Origin: an uncultured Candidatus Izemoplasmatales bacterium
Lineage (GTDB): Bacteria > Bacillota_I > Bacilli_A > Izemoplasmatales > Izemoplasmataceae
Direction of reading: 5' to 3'
NCBI GenBank assembly: GCA_964386055.1
Contig: CAYLQZ010000002.1
Location: 5,672-69,671 of the forward strand
Length of the DNA: 64,000 bases
Made by a program: the position numbers and the translations under genes
Notes under the pieces: generated by a model
Database searches by the model: none
Told to the model about the DNA's origin: nothing
The model's input: the letters and a program-made list of their open reading frames with translations, nothing else
Part shown: positions 1 through 9,437 of the stretch, piece by piece
Layout: every line of letters begins with the position of its first letter
How positions within the stretch are numbered: the first letter of the stretch is position 1

Positions 1-51
1 ATTAAAAGAAAATAACCTCCCTGTCTAGAATAATATAGATGAGGAGGTTTT

Positions 52-735
52 ATGATGTATATGATTAAAGAAATGCCCCAAAATGAAAGACCGAGAGAAC
101 GATTTTTAAAATATGGAAAAAGTGCGCTTTCAGAAAAAGAATTGCTTGCTATCATATTAAGAACCGGTACTAACCGTATCAATGTTTTAGACATGGCAAA
201 TATGGTGCTTAAAAAATTTGAAACCATTAATAATATTAACGGCTGTAATGTAACAGATTTAACAACCATTCGAGGCCTTGGACCTACTAAGGCTATTCAA
301 ATTCTAGCAGCATTAGAACTTGGAAGACGGTTATACGATGAAAAACACCTTAGTTTAAAAGAATCTTTTACTAATCCGCAGGCTGTCTATCGGTTTATGA
401 GAACAAGAATTGAGTCTAAAACACAAGAAAATTTTTATGCGCTCTACTTAGATACTAAATCACAATTAATTGAGGCGATCAATATATACGTAGGAACATT
501 GAATAGTGCTATTGTGCATCCTAGAGAAATCTTTAAGCATGCTGTAAGACTAAGCGCTGCGTCAATCTTAGTTGTGCATAATCATCCTTCAGGTGATCCA
601 ACGCCATCGAAAAGTGATGAAGAGATAACCCATGTGCTGGTTAAAAATGGTAAATTTATGGATATACTATTAGTTGATCATATCATAGTCGGTAAAGGGA
701 AATACTTTTCTTTTAAAGAACACGGAAAATTTTAG
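52..735 (+). CDS. radC: RadC-family JAB/MPN-domain protein (UPF0758)
   Basis: 227-aa ORF with the C-terminal JAMM-like motif HNHPSGDPTPSKSD. GGAGG RBS lies upstream of the ATG. Confidence 0.85.
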   Translation: MMYMIKEMPQNERPRERFLKYGKSALSEKELLAIILRTGTNRINVLDMANMVLKKFETINNINGCNVTDLTTIRGLGPTKAIQILAALELGRRLYDEKHLSLKESFTNPQAVYRFMRTRIESKTQENFYALYLDTKSQLIEAINIYVGTLNSAIVHPREIFKHAVRLSAASILVVHNHPSGDPTPSKSDEEITHVLVKNGKFMDILLVDHIIVGKGKYFSFKEHGKF

Positions 736-825
736 CCTTAATAGAGATATTCTACAGCGAAAATGCTTTACAATACTGTAGCTGTTGTGTATAATACAAA
801 AGAATGCAAAGCCAACGCTATAGTA

Positions 826-854
826 TTGACAAAACCATTGATTTTTGTTATTAT
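826..854 (+). promoter_or_regulatory. sigma-A type promoter of the rplU-rpmA operon
   Basis: TTGACA (826-831), 17-nt spacer, TATTAT (849-854). Confidence 0.6.
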
Positions 855-952
855 TTAGGCGCTTAGCAGCATACCGCACAAAACGGGTTTAAAGCATAGT
901 TTCGACTATCACCCCTATGGCGAGTCTTAAAAATATGAGGAGGTGCTCAAGC
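855..952 (+). promoter_or_regulatory. 5' leader of the rplU operon, possibly an L21-leader-type autoregulatory RNA
   Basis: About 90 nt of untranslated leader between the promoter and rplU, as in Bacilli. No consensus was checked. Confidence 0.25.
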
Positions 953-1261
953 ATGTATGCAGTAATCGAAACTGGTGGAAAACAAATGCGTGTAACTGAA
1001 GGTGAAGAAGTTTTTGTAGAAAAAATGGACGCAGCTGAGGGCGAAGAAGTTTCATTTGATAATGTTCTTTTAATCGGCGGCGAAAAGTTAACTGTAGGAA
1101 ACCCTACCGTTGATGGCGCTAAAGTAACCGCAAAAGTTGTTAAACACGGTAAACAACGTAAAATCATTGTATTTAAATACAAACCTAAAAAGAACTACAG
1201 TCGTAAACAAGGACATAGACAACCTTACACTAAACTTGAAATTACAAAAATAGCACAATAA
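953..1261 (+). CDS. rplU: 50S ribosomal protein L21
   Basis: [12 protein letters not shown]-terminus. GAGGAGG RBS 7 nt upstream. The track ORF start at 917 is an upstream in-frame extension. Confidence 0.95.
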   Translation: MYAVIETGGKQMRVTEGEEVFVEKMDAAEGEEVSFDNVLLIGGEKLTVGNPTVDGAKVTAKVVKHGKQRKIIVFKYKPKKNYSRKQGHRQPYTKLEITKIAQ

Positions 1262-1301
1262 TTATATTCTAAAACGTATTCACTATCGGAGGTGACGAAC
1301 C

Positions 1302-1586
1302 ATGTTGTTAAACATTCAATTCCAACCGTTGATGGCATCGAAAAAAGGTGTTGGGTCAACGAAAAACGGCCGTGATTCTGAGTCAAAACGTCTTGGGGCT
1401 AAACGTGCAGATGGACAAAAATGTAAAGCAGGCGCTATCATTTATCGTCAACGCGGCACAAAAATGCATCCAGGTACTAATGTAGGTATCGGTGGCGATG
1501 ACACACTTTTCAGTAAGATTGATGGCATCGTAAAATTTGAACGTTACGGACGCGACAAAAAACGTGCGTCAGTATATCCAGAATAA
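1302..1586 (+). CDS. rpmA: 50S ribosomal protein L27 with an N-terminal pro-peptide-like extension
   Basis: [21 protein letters not shown] core preceded by [22 protein letters not shown] 6 nt before the ATG at 1302. Confidence 0.95.
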   Translation: MLLNIQFQPLMASKKGVGSTKNGRDSESKRLGAKRADGQKCKAGAIIYRQRGTKMHPGTNVGIGGDDTLFSKIDGIVKFERYGRDKKRASVYPE

Positions 1587-1590
1587 GACT

Positions 1591-1625
1591 ATGGCAAACA
1601 GTGAATCTGTTTGCCATTTTTATTG
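1591..1625 (+). terminator. rho-independent terminator after rpmA
   Basis: ATGGCAAACAG / CTGTTTGCCAT stem, 5-nt loop, then a T-run. Confidence 0.85.
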
Positions 1626-1670
1626 AGCACGTGTATAATTAATTTTAGACTAAAAACAATAGGGGATTCT

Positions 1671-2174
1671 ATGATAAGAAAAGCGATAAAAAGTGATTTA
1701 GAATCATTAGATTCTCTAAGCGTAAAAACCATTAAATCAATGAATGCTCAAGGCATTCCACAATGGAATTTAACGTATCCTAGAAAGAAACATTTTGAAA
1801 ACGATATCCTTATGGATACGCTTTATGTTGCAACGCATCAACACCAAGTTGTTGCGGTAATGGCATTGATGGATGAAAATGAAGAAGCCTATAAAATCAT
1901 CAATTGGCAAAGAGATAATGCTATGGTCGTCCATCGTATCTTAGTTGATCCAGATTTTCAACAATGTGGGTTTGGACGTGAACTCTTAATGTTTGCCATT
2001 CGTACAACTGCGCAAAGACACAAGGATTCATTAAAAATTGATACATTACCAACGAATTATAAAATGCAGAAACTTTTACACTCGTTAAACTTTAAATATC
2101 AAGGCTATTTAACGAATATAAACCGAGATGCATTTGAATTGGTTTTAGATAAACTATCCAATAACGAAAAATAA
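1671..2174 (+). CDS. GNAT-family N-acetyltransferase
   Basis: ORF with a GNAT-like HRILVDPDFQQCGFGRELL acetyl-CoA motif. Start moved to the ATG at 1671 (MIRKAIK) because the track start overlaps the rpmA terminator. Confidence 0.7.
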   Translation: MIRKAIKSDLESLDSLSVKTIKSMNAQGIPQWNLTYPRKKHFENDILMDTLYVATHQHQVVAVMALMDENEEAYKIINWQRDNAMVVHRILVDPDFQQCGFGRELLMFAIRTTAQRHKDSLKIDTLPTNYKMQKLLHSLNFKYQGYLTNINRDAFELVLDKLSNNEK

Positions 2175-2212
2175 AAGTCTTACTAAACTATACAAGACTT
2201 TGAGGTGAGAAA

Positions 2213-3496
2213 ATGTTTGTAGATCTCGTAAAAATAAATATTCAAAGCGGTAAAGGTGGCGATGGGATGAGCGCCTTTCGAAGAGAAAAATACGTCCCTA
2301 AAGGTGGCCCTGCAGGCGGTGATGGTGGCCGTGGTGGTCATGTCATTTTTGAAGGCGATGAAGGCCTTTCTACCCTTTTAGAATTTCGCTATAACAAAAT
2401 CCGTAAAGCAGATGATGGAAAACCGGGTCAAAATAAAAAGATGCACGGTGCCAACGGAAAAGATTTAGTACTAAAAGTCCCCGTAGGAACAACCGTCTTT
2501 AATAAAAAAACTAATAAAGTCATCGCTGATATCACCGAACATAAGCAACAAGCAATTGTCCTTCATGGTGGACGGGGTGGACGTGGAAACGTGAAGTTTA
2601 CAACCTCTAGAAATACTGCACCAGATATCGCAGAAAAAGGCGAACCTTCTGCAGAGATGGATATTCGCATTGAACTAAAATTACTGGCGGATGTTGGACT
2701 TGTAGGAATGCCTAGTGTGGGTAAATCGACTTTAATAAGCGCAATCAGCGCTTCTAAACCTAAAATCGCTGATTATCATTTTACTACTATCACCCCTAAT
2801 CTAGGGGTCGTTGGAACCTCAGATCAACGAAGTTTTGTAGCGGCGGATTTACCGGGGCTTATAGAAGGCGCTGCACAAGGACAAGGCTTAGGTATTCAGT
2901 TTTTAAGACATATTGAAAGAACCCGAATCATTTTACATGTAATAGATATGTCAGGGTATGAAGGTAGAGATCCATTTGAAGACTTTCAAGCAATTAATCG
3001 TGAACTAATTGCCTACAGACACGATTTGGAGAGTCGTCCCCAAATTATTGTCGCAAATAAAATGGATATGCCAGAATCAAAAGAAAACTTAAAATCATTT
3101 AAAGATCGCTATGATGGAGGCGCTGAGATAATTCCTATCAGTGCGTATACTCGTGAGAACTTAGATCTATTGTTACTTAAAACTGCGGACTTATTAGAAA
3201 CTATTCCACTTCATAGTTTGTATGCTACTGAAGACTTTGAAGAATTGGTAACTTACCATTTCGAAGGCCATGAATCACCTTACACGATTAAAAAAGGCGA
3301 TGACGGCACTTATGAAATTGGGGGAGAAGGATTAAGACGTTTGTTTGAAATGACAGACTTTTCAAAAGACCAATCTATTAAGCGTTTTGCAAGGCAGCTA
3401 AGAGGATTGGGAATCGACCGTGAACTTAGAGAACTTGGCGTTGAAAACGGAGATACTGTGAGAATCTTTGATGTCAGTTTTGAATTTTTAGATTAA
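2213..3496 (+). CDS. obg: GTPase Obg/CgtA
   Basis: Glycine-rich Obg fold (GGDGGRGG), G1 motif GMPSVGKST, and a C-terminal OCT domain. Confidence 0.95.
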   Translation: MFVDLVKINIQSGKGGDGMSAFRREKYVPKGGPAGGDGGRGGHVIFEGDEGLSTLLEFRYNKIRKADDGKPGQNKKMHGANGKDLVLKVPVGTTVFNKKTNKVIADITEHKQQAIVLHGGRGGRGNVKFTTSRNTAPDIAEKGEPSAEMDIRIELKLLADVGLVGMPSVGKSTLISAISASKPKIADYHFTTITPNLGVVGTSDQRSFVAADLPGLIEGAAQGQGLGIQFLRHIERTRIILHVIDMSGYEGRDPFEDFQAINRELIAYRHDLESRPQIIVANKMDMPESKENLKSFKDRYDGGAEIIPISAYTRENLDLLLLKTADLLETIPLHSLYATEDFEELVTYHFEGHESPYTIKKGDDGTYEIGGEGLRRLFEMTDFSKDQSIKRFARQLRGLGIDRELRELGVENGDTVRIFDVSFEFLD

Positions 3497-3497
3497 T

Positions 3498-3528
3498 AAA
3501 CCCCGGATATATTTCCGGGTTTTATTTT
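3498..3528 (+). terminator. rho-independent terminator after obg
   Basis: CCCGGA / TCCGGG stem followed by TTTTATTTT. Confidence 0.75.
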
Positions 3529-3633
3529 AACTACTAGTTTGTATACGTACTTTAAAATAATAAATATCACTATTTCGTTATTAGTTGCTCAACCCTACAT
3601 TATCAAAAATATCCTTGTTAAAATCGCTTTGTA

Positions 3634-3663
3634 ATGACTTAAACCCTTTAATTATGTTATAAT
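3634..3663 (+). promoter_or_regulatory. extended -10 promoter of the mgtE pair
   Basis: TGTTATAAT (3655-3663) with a weak -35. It leaves only about a 20-nt leader. Confidence 0.5.
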
Positions 3664-3686
3664 CTTTTTTGAAAGGATGTGATTTG

Positions 3687-5093
3687 ATGACTGAAAACTA
3701 TAAAGACATTATTCAAATTATTCAAGAGGGTTCACCAGGTAAAATGCAAAACGAACTTGAAAAATACCATCCTTCTGATATTGCAGAAACCTTTAATTCA
3801 TTAAATAATGACGATCAGATGCATGTTCTCCTGTCTTTGAATCATCATTTGCTGGCTGATATTTTTTCTCACTTAAAACCTAAACGTGCTGCTCACATGT
3901 TGCATAAAATTGAAAAGAATAAAATAGGGCGCATTTTAGATGCAATGGAACGGGATGATGCAACTGACGTTTTAAAAGTAATCAACGTACATAAACGCAG
4001 TGAATATTTAAATACCCTTGAAGATGATGCGCGTATAGAACTTGAACACTTAATTCATTATCAAGAAGAAACTGCTGGATCAATTATGACAACAGATTAT
4101 ATTGAATTGCATAAAAATATGGATGTTAAAGAAGCGATGAAGGAAACAATCCATAACGCCGAAACTACAGAGGGCATTCAACGTTTATTCGTTTTAGATG
4201 ATCATAACTTTTTAGAAGGCGTGGTTGAATTAAAAGCGTTAATACAAGCAAGAAGCCCTAAAATTGTTGAAGACCTTATGTATTCAGATGTTATCACAGC
4301 AAAAGTAACAGATGATATTGAAGACGTAGCAAGACAAATGCAAAACTATGGAATATACTTATTACCCGTAGTCAATGATAACAACCAAATGCAAGGGGTT
4401 ATTACTATGGATGATGCAGCCGATATCTTGGATATGGAAACGGATGAAGATTATGCGCGTTTCGCGTCCATTTCTAAGGATGAAATCATTAATAGAAGCA
4501 TCTTAAAATCCGCTTTGCACCGATTGCCTTGGCTTTCTTTGTTATTAGCTATTGGATTATTAGTAGGTGGAATTATGTCTACCTTTGAAGAAACCATCGA
4601 ACAAGTCACAGTTTTAGTATTTTTCCTCCCCTTAATTATGGATATGGGTGGAAATACCGGAACCCAATCCTTAGCGGTAACGGTTCGAGGGATTTCTAGA
4701 CAACACTATCTCGATAAGGAAACGCGGAAAAAACATATTATAAAAGAATTTCGTGTAGGGGTTTTAAACGGCATAGGAATTGGAGTATTAGCGTTTATCA
4801 CTGCTGGTATATTTTTAACTATTATTAGTAATATAGGAGTCATTGAACCAACGCATCCGGCATTTTTGGTTTCCTTTGCGATTGGGTTAAGTGTTGGGGT
4901 CGCCTTAATTATTACGACAGTATTTGGAGCCATTATTCCCCTTACTTTGCATCGTTTAAAATTTGACCCTGCAGTTGCGAGTGGTCCTTTTATTACGACC
5001 ATCAACGACGTACTTGGATTATTGATATATTTCTTGATTGCTGGGACTATTATTTTATGGTTACCAGAAGTCATAGCAGGATGGGGTGTGTAG
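3687..5093 (+). CDS. mgtE: magnesium transporter MgtE, paralogue 1
   Basis: N-domain, CBS pair and 5-TM domain with GPFITTINDV. ATG at 3687 preferred over the TTG at 3669. Confidence 0.9.
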   Translation: MTENYKDIIQIIQEGSPGKMQNELEKYHPSDIAETFNSLNNDDQMHVLLSLNHHLLADIFSHLKPKRAAHMLHKIEKNKIGRILDAMERDDATDVLKVINVHKRSEYLNTLEDDARIELEHLIHYQEETAGSIMTTDYIELHKNMDVKEAMKETIHNAETTEGIQRLFVLDDHNFLEGVVELKALIQARSPKIVEDLMYSDVITAKVTDDIEDVARQMQNYGIYLLPVVNDNNQMQGVITMDDAADILDMETDEDYARFASISKDEIINRSILKSALHRLPWLSLLLAIGLLVGGIMSTFEETIEQVTVLVFFLPLIMDMGGNTGTQSLAVTVRGISRQHYLDKETRKKHIIKEFRVGVLNGIGIGVLAFITAGIFLTIISNIGVIEPTHPAFLVSFAIGLSVGVALIITTVFGAIIPLTLHRLKFDPAVASGPFITTINDVLGLLIYFLIAGTIILWLPEVIAGWGV

Positions 5094-5096
5094 ACG

Positions 5097-6500
5097 ATGC
5101 CTAAAATTACGTTATTAAAAAGAAATAAACCAAAAGAAATTGTCACAGTCGTTCGTCATGAAAAACGTGACAAAATGTTAAAAACCAAATTAAATCGTTA
5201 CCATGCCTATGATATTTCTGAAGCAATTATGGTGATGACTACAGAAGAACGGTTACGGTTATATAAGTATATTAGTCAAGACAAAATGGCGAGTGTATTC
5301 GAACACATCAGCGATGAAAAAGGTGCTGAATTCATTTTAGAATTAGATCGCGCTGAGGGTGCAAGTTTACTTACTGAGATGGAAATCGATGATGCAGTAG
5401 ATATTTTACAACATTTAAAATATGAAGACTCTACAGAATTACTGTTGTTAGTCGATGAATCTAAACGCGACGCTATCTATCAACTATCAAAATATAAACA
5501 TCAAACTGCTGGTTCAGAGATGAACAGTGAATTTATTAAGTTAGATGCGGAAATGGATATTAAAGATGCCATGAAAAAGATGGTATCTTTAGCCAACGAA
5601 GTTGAATTAATTGACACTTTATTTGTTACTGATGAAGAAAATTCTTTAATCGGTGTCATTGATTTAAAAGATTTAATCGTTGCCAAGCATCCGGTTAAAA
5701 TTAAAGATATCATGAACACAAACTTCTATGCAGTCCATGTCTTAGATGGGATTCAAGAAGTCGTTAGAGATATTCAAAAATACGATACGTTAGCGATGCC
5801 GGTTTTAAATGGTGATGGAAAAATTGAAGGCGTCATCACGATGTATGACGCCATGGATATTATTGAAGAAACCGCCCATGATGATTATGCAAAACTTGCT
5901 GGACTTCCCACAGAAGATGATGTTTATGATACCGCAAGACAAAGTGCTAAGAAGCGCTTCCCATGGCTTGCTTTATTACTGTTTTTAAACATTATTGTCT
6001 CAACAGTGCTTGCGTCCTACGAAGAAACCATTGCGGCAATTGCCGTTTTAGTTTTATTTCAACCCATGATTTTGGACATGTCAGGAAACATTGGAACCCA
6101 GTCATTAGCGGTCACCATTTTAAGAATTTCCAGAGAAACATTAAGAACTCGAGTAAACGTTATTCAACATCTAATAAGCGAAACAATGATTGGAGTTGTA
6201 AATGGAATGATATTAGGGTTCCTTTCCTTTTTAACTTCGTGGTTTCTTTTAACTCTATTGCCTATTGGTGAAGTGGGTGGCGCAATTACCCCGATTCGCG
6301 TTGCCATCATTGTTGGGGTTTCGATATTTTCAGCCTTAAGTGTTTCTTCATTTTTAGGGAGTGCAATTCCTATGATATTAAACAAACTAAAAGTCGATCC
6401 TGCCGTAGCAAGTGGACCGTTTATTACCACTATCAATGATGTCACAGCGTTAATGGTCTACTTTGGACTTGCAAGTGCATTTTTAATGGCACTTTTATAA
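5097..6500 (+). CDS. mgtE: magnesium transporter MgtE, paralogue 2
   Basis: Same architecture, with GPFITTINDV conserved. Starts 3 nt after the paralogue 1 stop. Confidence 0.9.
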   Translation: MPKITLLKRNKPKEIVTVVRHEKRDKMLKTKLNRYHAYDISEAIMVMTTEERLRLYKYISQDKMASVFEHISDEKGAEFILELDRAEGASLLTEMEIDDAVDILQHLKYEDSTELLLLVDESKRDAIYQLSKYKHQTAGSEMNSEFIKLDAEMDIKDAMKKMVSLANEVELIDTLFVTDEENSLIGVIDLKDLIVAKHPVKIKDIMNTNFYAVHVLDGIQEVVRDIQKYDTLAMPVLNGDGKIEGVITMYDAMDIIEETAHDDYAKLAGLPTEDDVYDTARQSAKKRFPWLALLLFLNIIVSTVLASYEETIAAIAVLVLFQPMILDMSGNIGTQSLAVTILRISRETLRTRVNVIQHLISETMIGVVNGMILGFLSFLTSWFLLTLLPIGEVGGAITPIRVAIIVGVSIFSALSVSSFLGSAIPMILNKLKVDPAVASGPFITTINDVTALMVYFGLASAFLMALL

Positions 6501-6523
6501 AAAGACTTTAAGGGAGAAAAAAT

Positions 6524-7084
6524 ATGTATAGTTATTTAAAAGGATACGTCACCGAAATCGAACCTGAAAAAATAAGTCTTGAAGTGAATAATATTGGGTA
6601 CCATGTAGTGGTCCCCAATCCTTTTGAGTTTAAAAAGGACATTTTATTACACGTATATATATATCAACATATTAAAGAAGATTCTCATACCCTCTATGGG
6701 TTCATTCACATTAAAGAAAAACGACTGTTTGAACAGTTAATAAGCGTTAAAGGCATAGGCCCTAAAAGCGCACTTGCGGTTTTAGCTGCTGCCAAAACAG
6801 ATGAAATTATTCGTGCCATTGAGATGAGCGATACTAAATACTTAAATAAATTTCCTGGAATTGGTCCCAAAGCAAGCCAACAAATTGTATTAGATTTAAA
6901 AGGGAAGATTCAAGTGGATGCCAGAATCATGAAAGCCTCTTCAACGCTTGGCGAAGTTGACGATGCGCTTCGTGCACTCGGCTATAAAGCTAAAGAAATT
7001 GATCGTGTCACTAAAGACTTAGATTCTACTAAAGATACGTCCACACTTGTAAAAGACGCACTAAGGAAGATTGCTAAAAAATGA
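6524..7084 (+). CDS. ruvA: Holliday junction branch-migration complex subunit RuvA
   Basis: MYSYLKGYV N-terminus, HhH pairs (GIGPKSA, GIGPKAS), and a C-terminal domain III. Confidence 0.9.
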   Translation: MYSYLKGYVTEIEPEKISLEVNNIGYHVVVPNPFEFKKDILLHVYIYQHIKEDSHTLYGFIHIKEKRLFEQLISVKGIGPKSALAVLAAAKTDEIIRAIEMSDTKYLNKFPGIGPKASQQIVLDLKGKIQVDARIMKASSTLGEVDDALRALGYKAKEIDRVTKDLDSTKDTSTLVKDALRKIAKK

Positions 7085-8232
7085 CAGCTATTAAAAAAAA
7101 TATAAGCGCACCGCTCATCAATTATAACGATTTACAATACAAGCATATAAAAACGCCAGTGAGTAAAGATACATTAGACCTTGCAGCTTATAAAGTATAT
7201 AAAGCCCTAAAAACATTGAAATTAGAGACCCCTTTTCATAAAGAAACCATGATGCATTTTGACGAATACGTCTATCATGTAAAGCATAAACTGTTAACAA
7301 CCAATCATTATACTCATTTAAACCAGTATAATAAAAGTGTATTAAACATGATGCATCAATTAGATAATGCAGCTCAGAAACAAAACTATAAAAACTATAA
7401 AGCCGCCATGTTTGAACTGGATAATTTAGATGAAAAGACCATTCGAAATGGCCTTTTACAACTAATTGGAATCCACAGTAAGTATCAACAAAAAACCATA
7501 AAATCAAAGAATATATCATTCGATAATTTTACTGATCGACTAAGACTAATTGGTCATCCCCCTATTCATAGAAACAAACTTAAAATTATTGACACATTGA
7601 TGCGTCAATTCGATAACGATAGTCTCTTAACTAATATTGATTTTGAAGACTCACACGAAGATAAAGATATATTTACAGGGTTGATTGATCATCAAAAAAT
7701 AATAGTTCGTACTCCGAAAATTAAAACGCTTTATGACCTTAAATTGTTTTTGGGCGAACTGTCTAAAGCAATCTTTATTTTTTATCGTATTGGAGAATCC
7801 GAAATTTCAAATTTACGAGTTGGAAAATTACGCGCTTTATCTACGATGGTTGAACATATGATTTCTGATTTAGTTTGCACAAAAACTGAAAAGTATTTTA
7901 TTACCCAAATTCAAATGCTGCAAAATTCATACTATGCTACCTTAGCTTTATACGAATTTGACTTACTTGACAATCGAAACAATCCAGCAGAACTCTTTAA
8001 AGATATCTTAAACTCAGTTTATCCTGTAAAAGATTCTGATATATGGGGACCAGCAATAGAACATAACGGTCATATCATGATGAGTCATTACGTTCCAATC
8101 GGTTATATCATGTATCAAAACCTCAAAACCATCCAAAAAACAGAGAAATTACGTAAAAAACATGTAGGAAAATGGTTAAAAGAGACTGTATTAACTCGTT
8201 TTAAGGACATTGGATTAGAATCATTGATCTAA
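7081..8232 (+). CDS. hypothetical protein translationally coupled to ruvA
   Basis: 383-aa ORF with an ATGA overlap on the ruvA stop. No Walker motifs or other motif I recognise. Confidence 0.6.
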   Translation: MTAIKKNISAPLINYNDLQYKHIKTPVSKDTLDLAAYKVYKALKTLKLETPFHKETMMHFDEYVYHVKHKLLTTNHYTHLNQYNKSVLNMMHQLDNAAQKQNYKNYKAAMFELDNLDEKTIRNGLLQLIGIHSKYQQKTIKSKNISFDNFTDRLRLIGHPPIHRNKLKIIDTLMRQFDNDSLLTNIDFEDSHEDKDIFTGLIDHQKIIVRTPKIKTLYDLKLFLGELSKAIFIFYRIGESEISNLRVGKLRALSTMVEHMISDLVCTKTEKYFITQIQMLQNSYYATLALYEFDLLDNRNNPAELFKDILNSVYPVKDSDIWGPAIEHNGHIMMSHYVPIGYIMYQNLKTIQKTEKLRKKHVGKWLKETVLTRFKDIGLESLI

Positions 8233-8240
8233 AATAGCAT

Positions 8241-8267
8241 AAAAAAAAGACTGTAAAGTCTTTTTTT
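8241..8267. terminator. bidirectional terminator between convergent genes
   Basis: A8-GACT / AGTC-T7 hairpin with loop GTAA. Confidence 0.8.
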
Positions 8268-9240
8268 ATGAAAATAAGGCAGTTATTTCCTTATGAGTCA
8301 TATTATTTTCAAGCGCAAGCATCAATAATATACGCGCTTTAGGGGCATTTAAGTTCCCACCCATAATACATCCATTTTGAACAAGATCTTTTCCGCCCCC
8401 AATATATCCATAAGTATCCAGTACTCTACCCGCCATAGCACGCGATACAATAATAATTTCTAAACCAGCGCTTTTAGCACGTTTAATGCCATCCATCATC
8501 ATCGCAGGCAAGTTTCCCCGCCCTAAAGCAGCTATAACTAAACCTTTATAGTTGTTTTGTGTGAAAAAGTCTATGATATCACTATGCATTCCAGCAAAAG
8601 CTTCGAGTAATCCAACTTTATCATTGTAGCCACTTGTTAAACCATACGCTTTTCTTAATGTTTGGGATCGATAATATATAACATCATCAGCATCAATTAT
8701 TCCCAAAGGTCCAAATTCAATACTTTTGAAGGTATCTAGGTTTAAAGTATGTGTTTTAGTCACTTCACAAGCCGCTTGTATTTGATAATTCATAACAACT
8801 AAGACCCCACGACCGATAGAGTTTTTATCCATCACAACTTTAATACTAGAATCTAAGTTGGTTAACCCATCATATCCAAGTTCACTCGCATTTTTCATCG
8901 ACCCGGTTAAAACAATCGGTTTTGTTGAATTGTTAACAGCATCCAGATAAAAGGCAGTTTCTTCTAAAGTATCTGTTCCATGAACCACGACAACACCATA
9001 AAAATCATCGTCATTTAAATATGTATCGATAATATGTTTTAACTCATACATTTTTTCAGGTGTAATCGAAGGAGAAGGCAACTTAGAAAATTCAACCCCA
9101 ACTAGATTATCATAATCAGTCACATCTTTTAATGTATCAATCAATTCGTTAGGAGCCATACTTGGTACAGCACCTTGAAGTTTAGAATTCACCTTCATGG
9201 AAATCGTCCCACCTGTAAAAATTAATGCGACCTTTTTCAT
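8266..9240 (-). CDS. ansA: type I L-asparaginase
   Basis: N-terminal FTGGTISM catalytic motif, HGTDTLEETA motif, 324 aa. Confidence 0.85.
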   Translation of the reverse strand: MKKVALIFTGGTISMKVNSKLQGAVPSMAPNELIDTLKDVTDYDNLVGVEFSKLPSPSITPEKMYELKHIIDTYLNDDDFYGVVVVHGTDTLEETAFYLDAVNNSTKPIVLTGSMKNASELGYDGLTNLDSSIKVVMDKNSIGRGVLVVMNYQIQAACEVTKTHTLNLDTFKSIEFGPLGIIDADDVIYYRSQTLRKAYGLTSGYNDKVGLLEAFAGMHSDIIDFFTQNNYKGLVIAALGRGNLPAMMMDGIKRAKSAGLEIIIVSRAMAGRVLDTYGYIGGGKDLVQNGCIMGGNLNAPKARILLMLALENNMTHKEITALFS

Positions 9241-9437
9241 GTAATCACCTCAAAAACAATTGTATCATGAATTGAAATTATTCACATTTAAAAATATATT
9301 GCAGATAGATCATTTGGTTTAATTTACAATTTTGCCTATTCAAAAAAAGTAACCTTTAAAATCTAAAAGTATAAATAAAACCCAATTAACATTTACACCT
9401 TATCAATAGTATATGCCTTTAACATTATATCGTAGCA

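Noticed and set aside
1611-1670. Upstream extension of the GNAT ORF (track start 1611).
   Set aside because: The extension overlaps the rpmA terminator hairpin and encodes a hydrophobic non-conserved peptide. The ATG at 1671 with an AGGGGA RBS is more plausible.
3529-3686. Possible M-box (Mg) riboswitch upstream of mgtE.
   Set aside because: The extended -10 promoter at 3655-3663 leaves only about a 20-nt leader. The upstream 150 nt is AT-rich, with none of the conserved G-rich M-box segments I can recall.
7093-7100. A8 homopolymer at codons 5-7 of the ruvA-coupled ORF, considered as a phase-variation tract.
   Set aside because: Runs of 7-9 A/T are frequent throughout this AT-rich window, including inside essential genes, so there is nothing specific to this locus.
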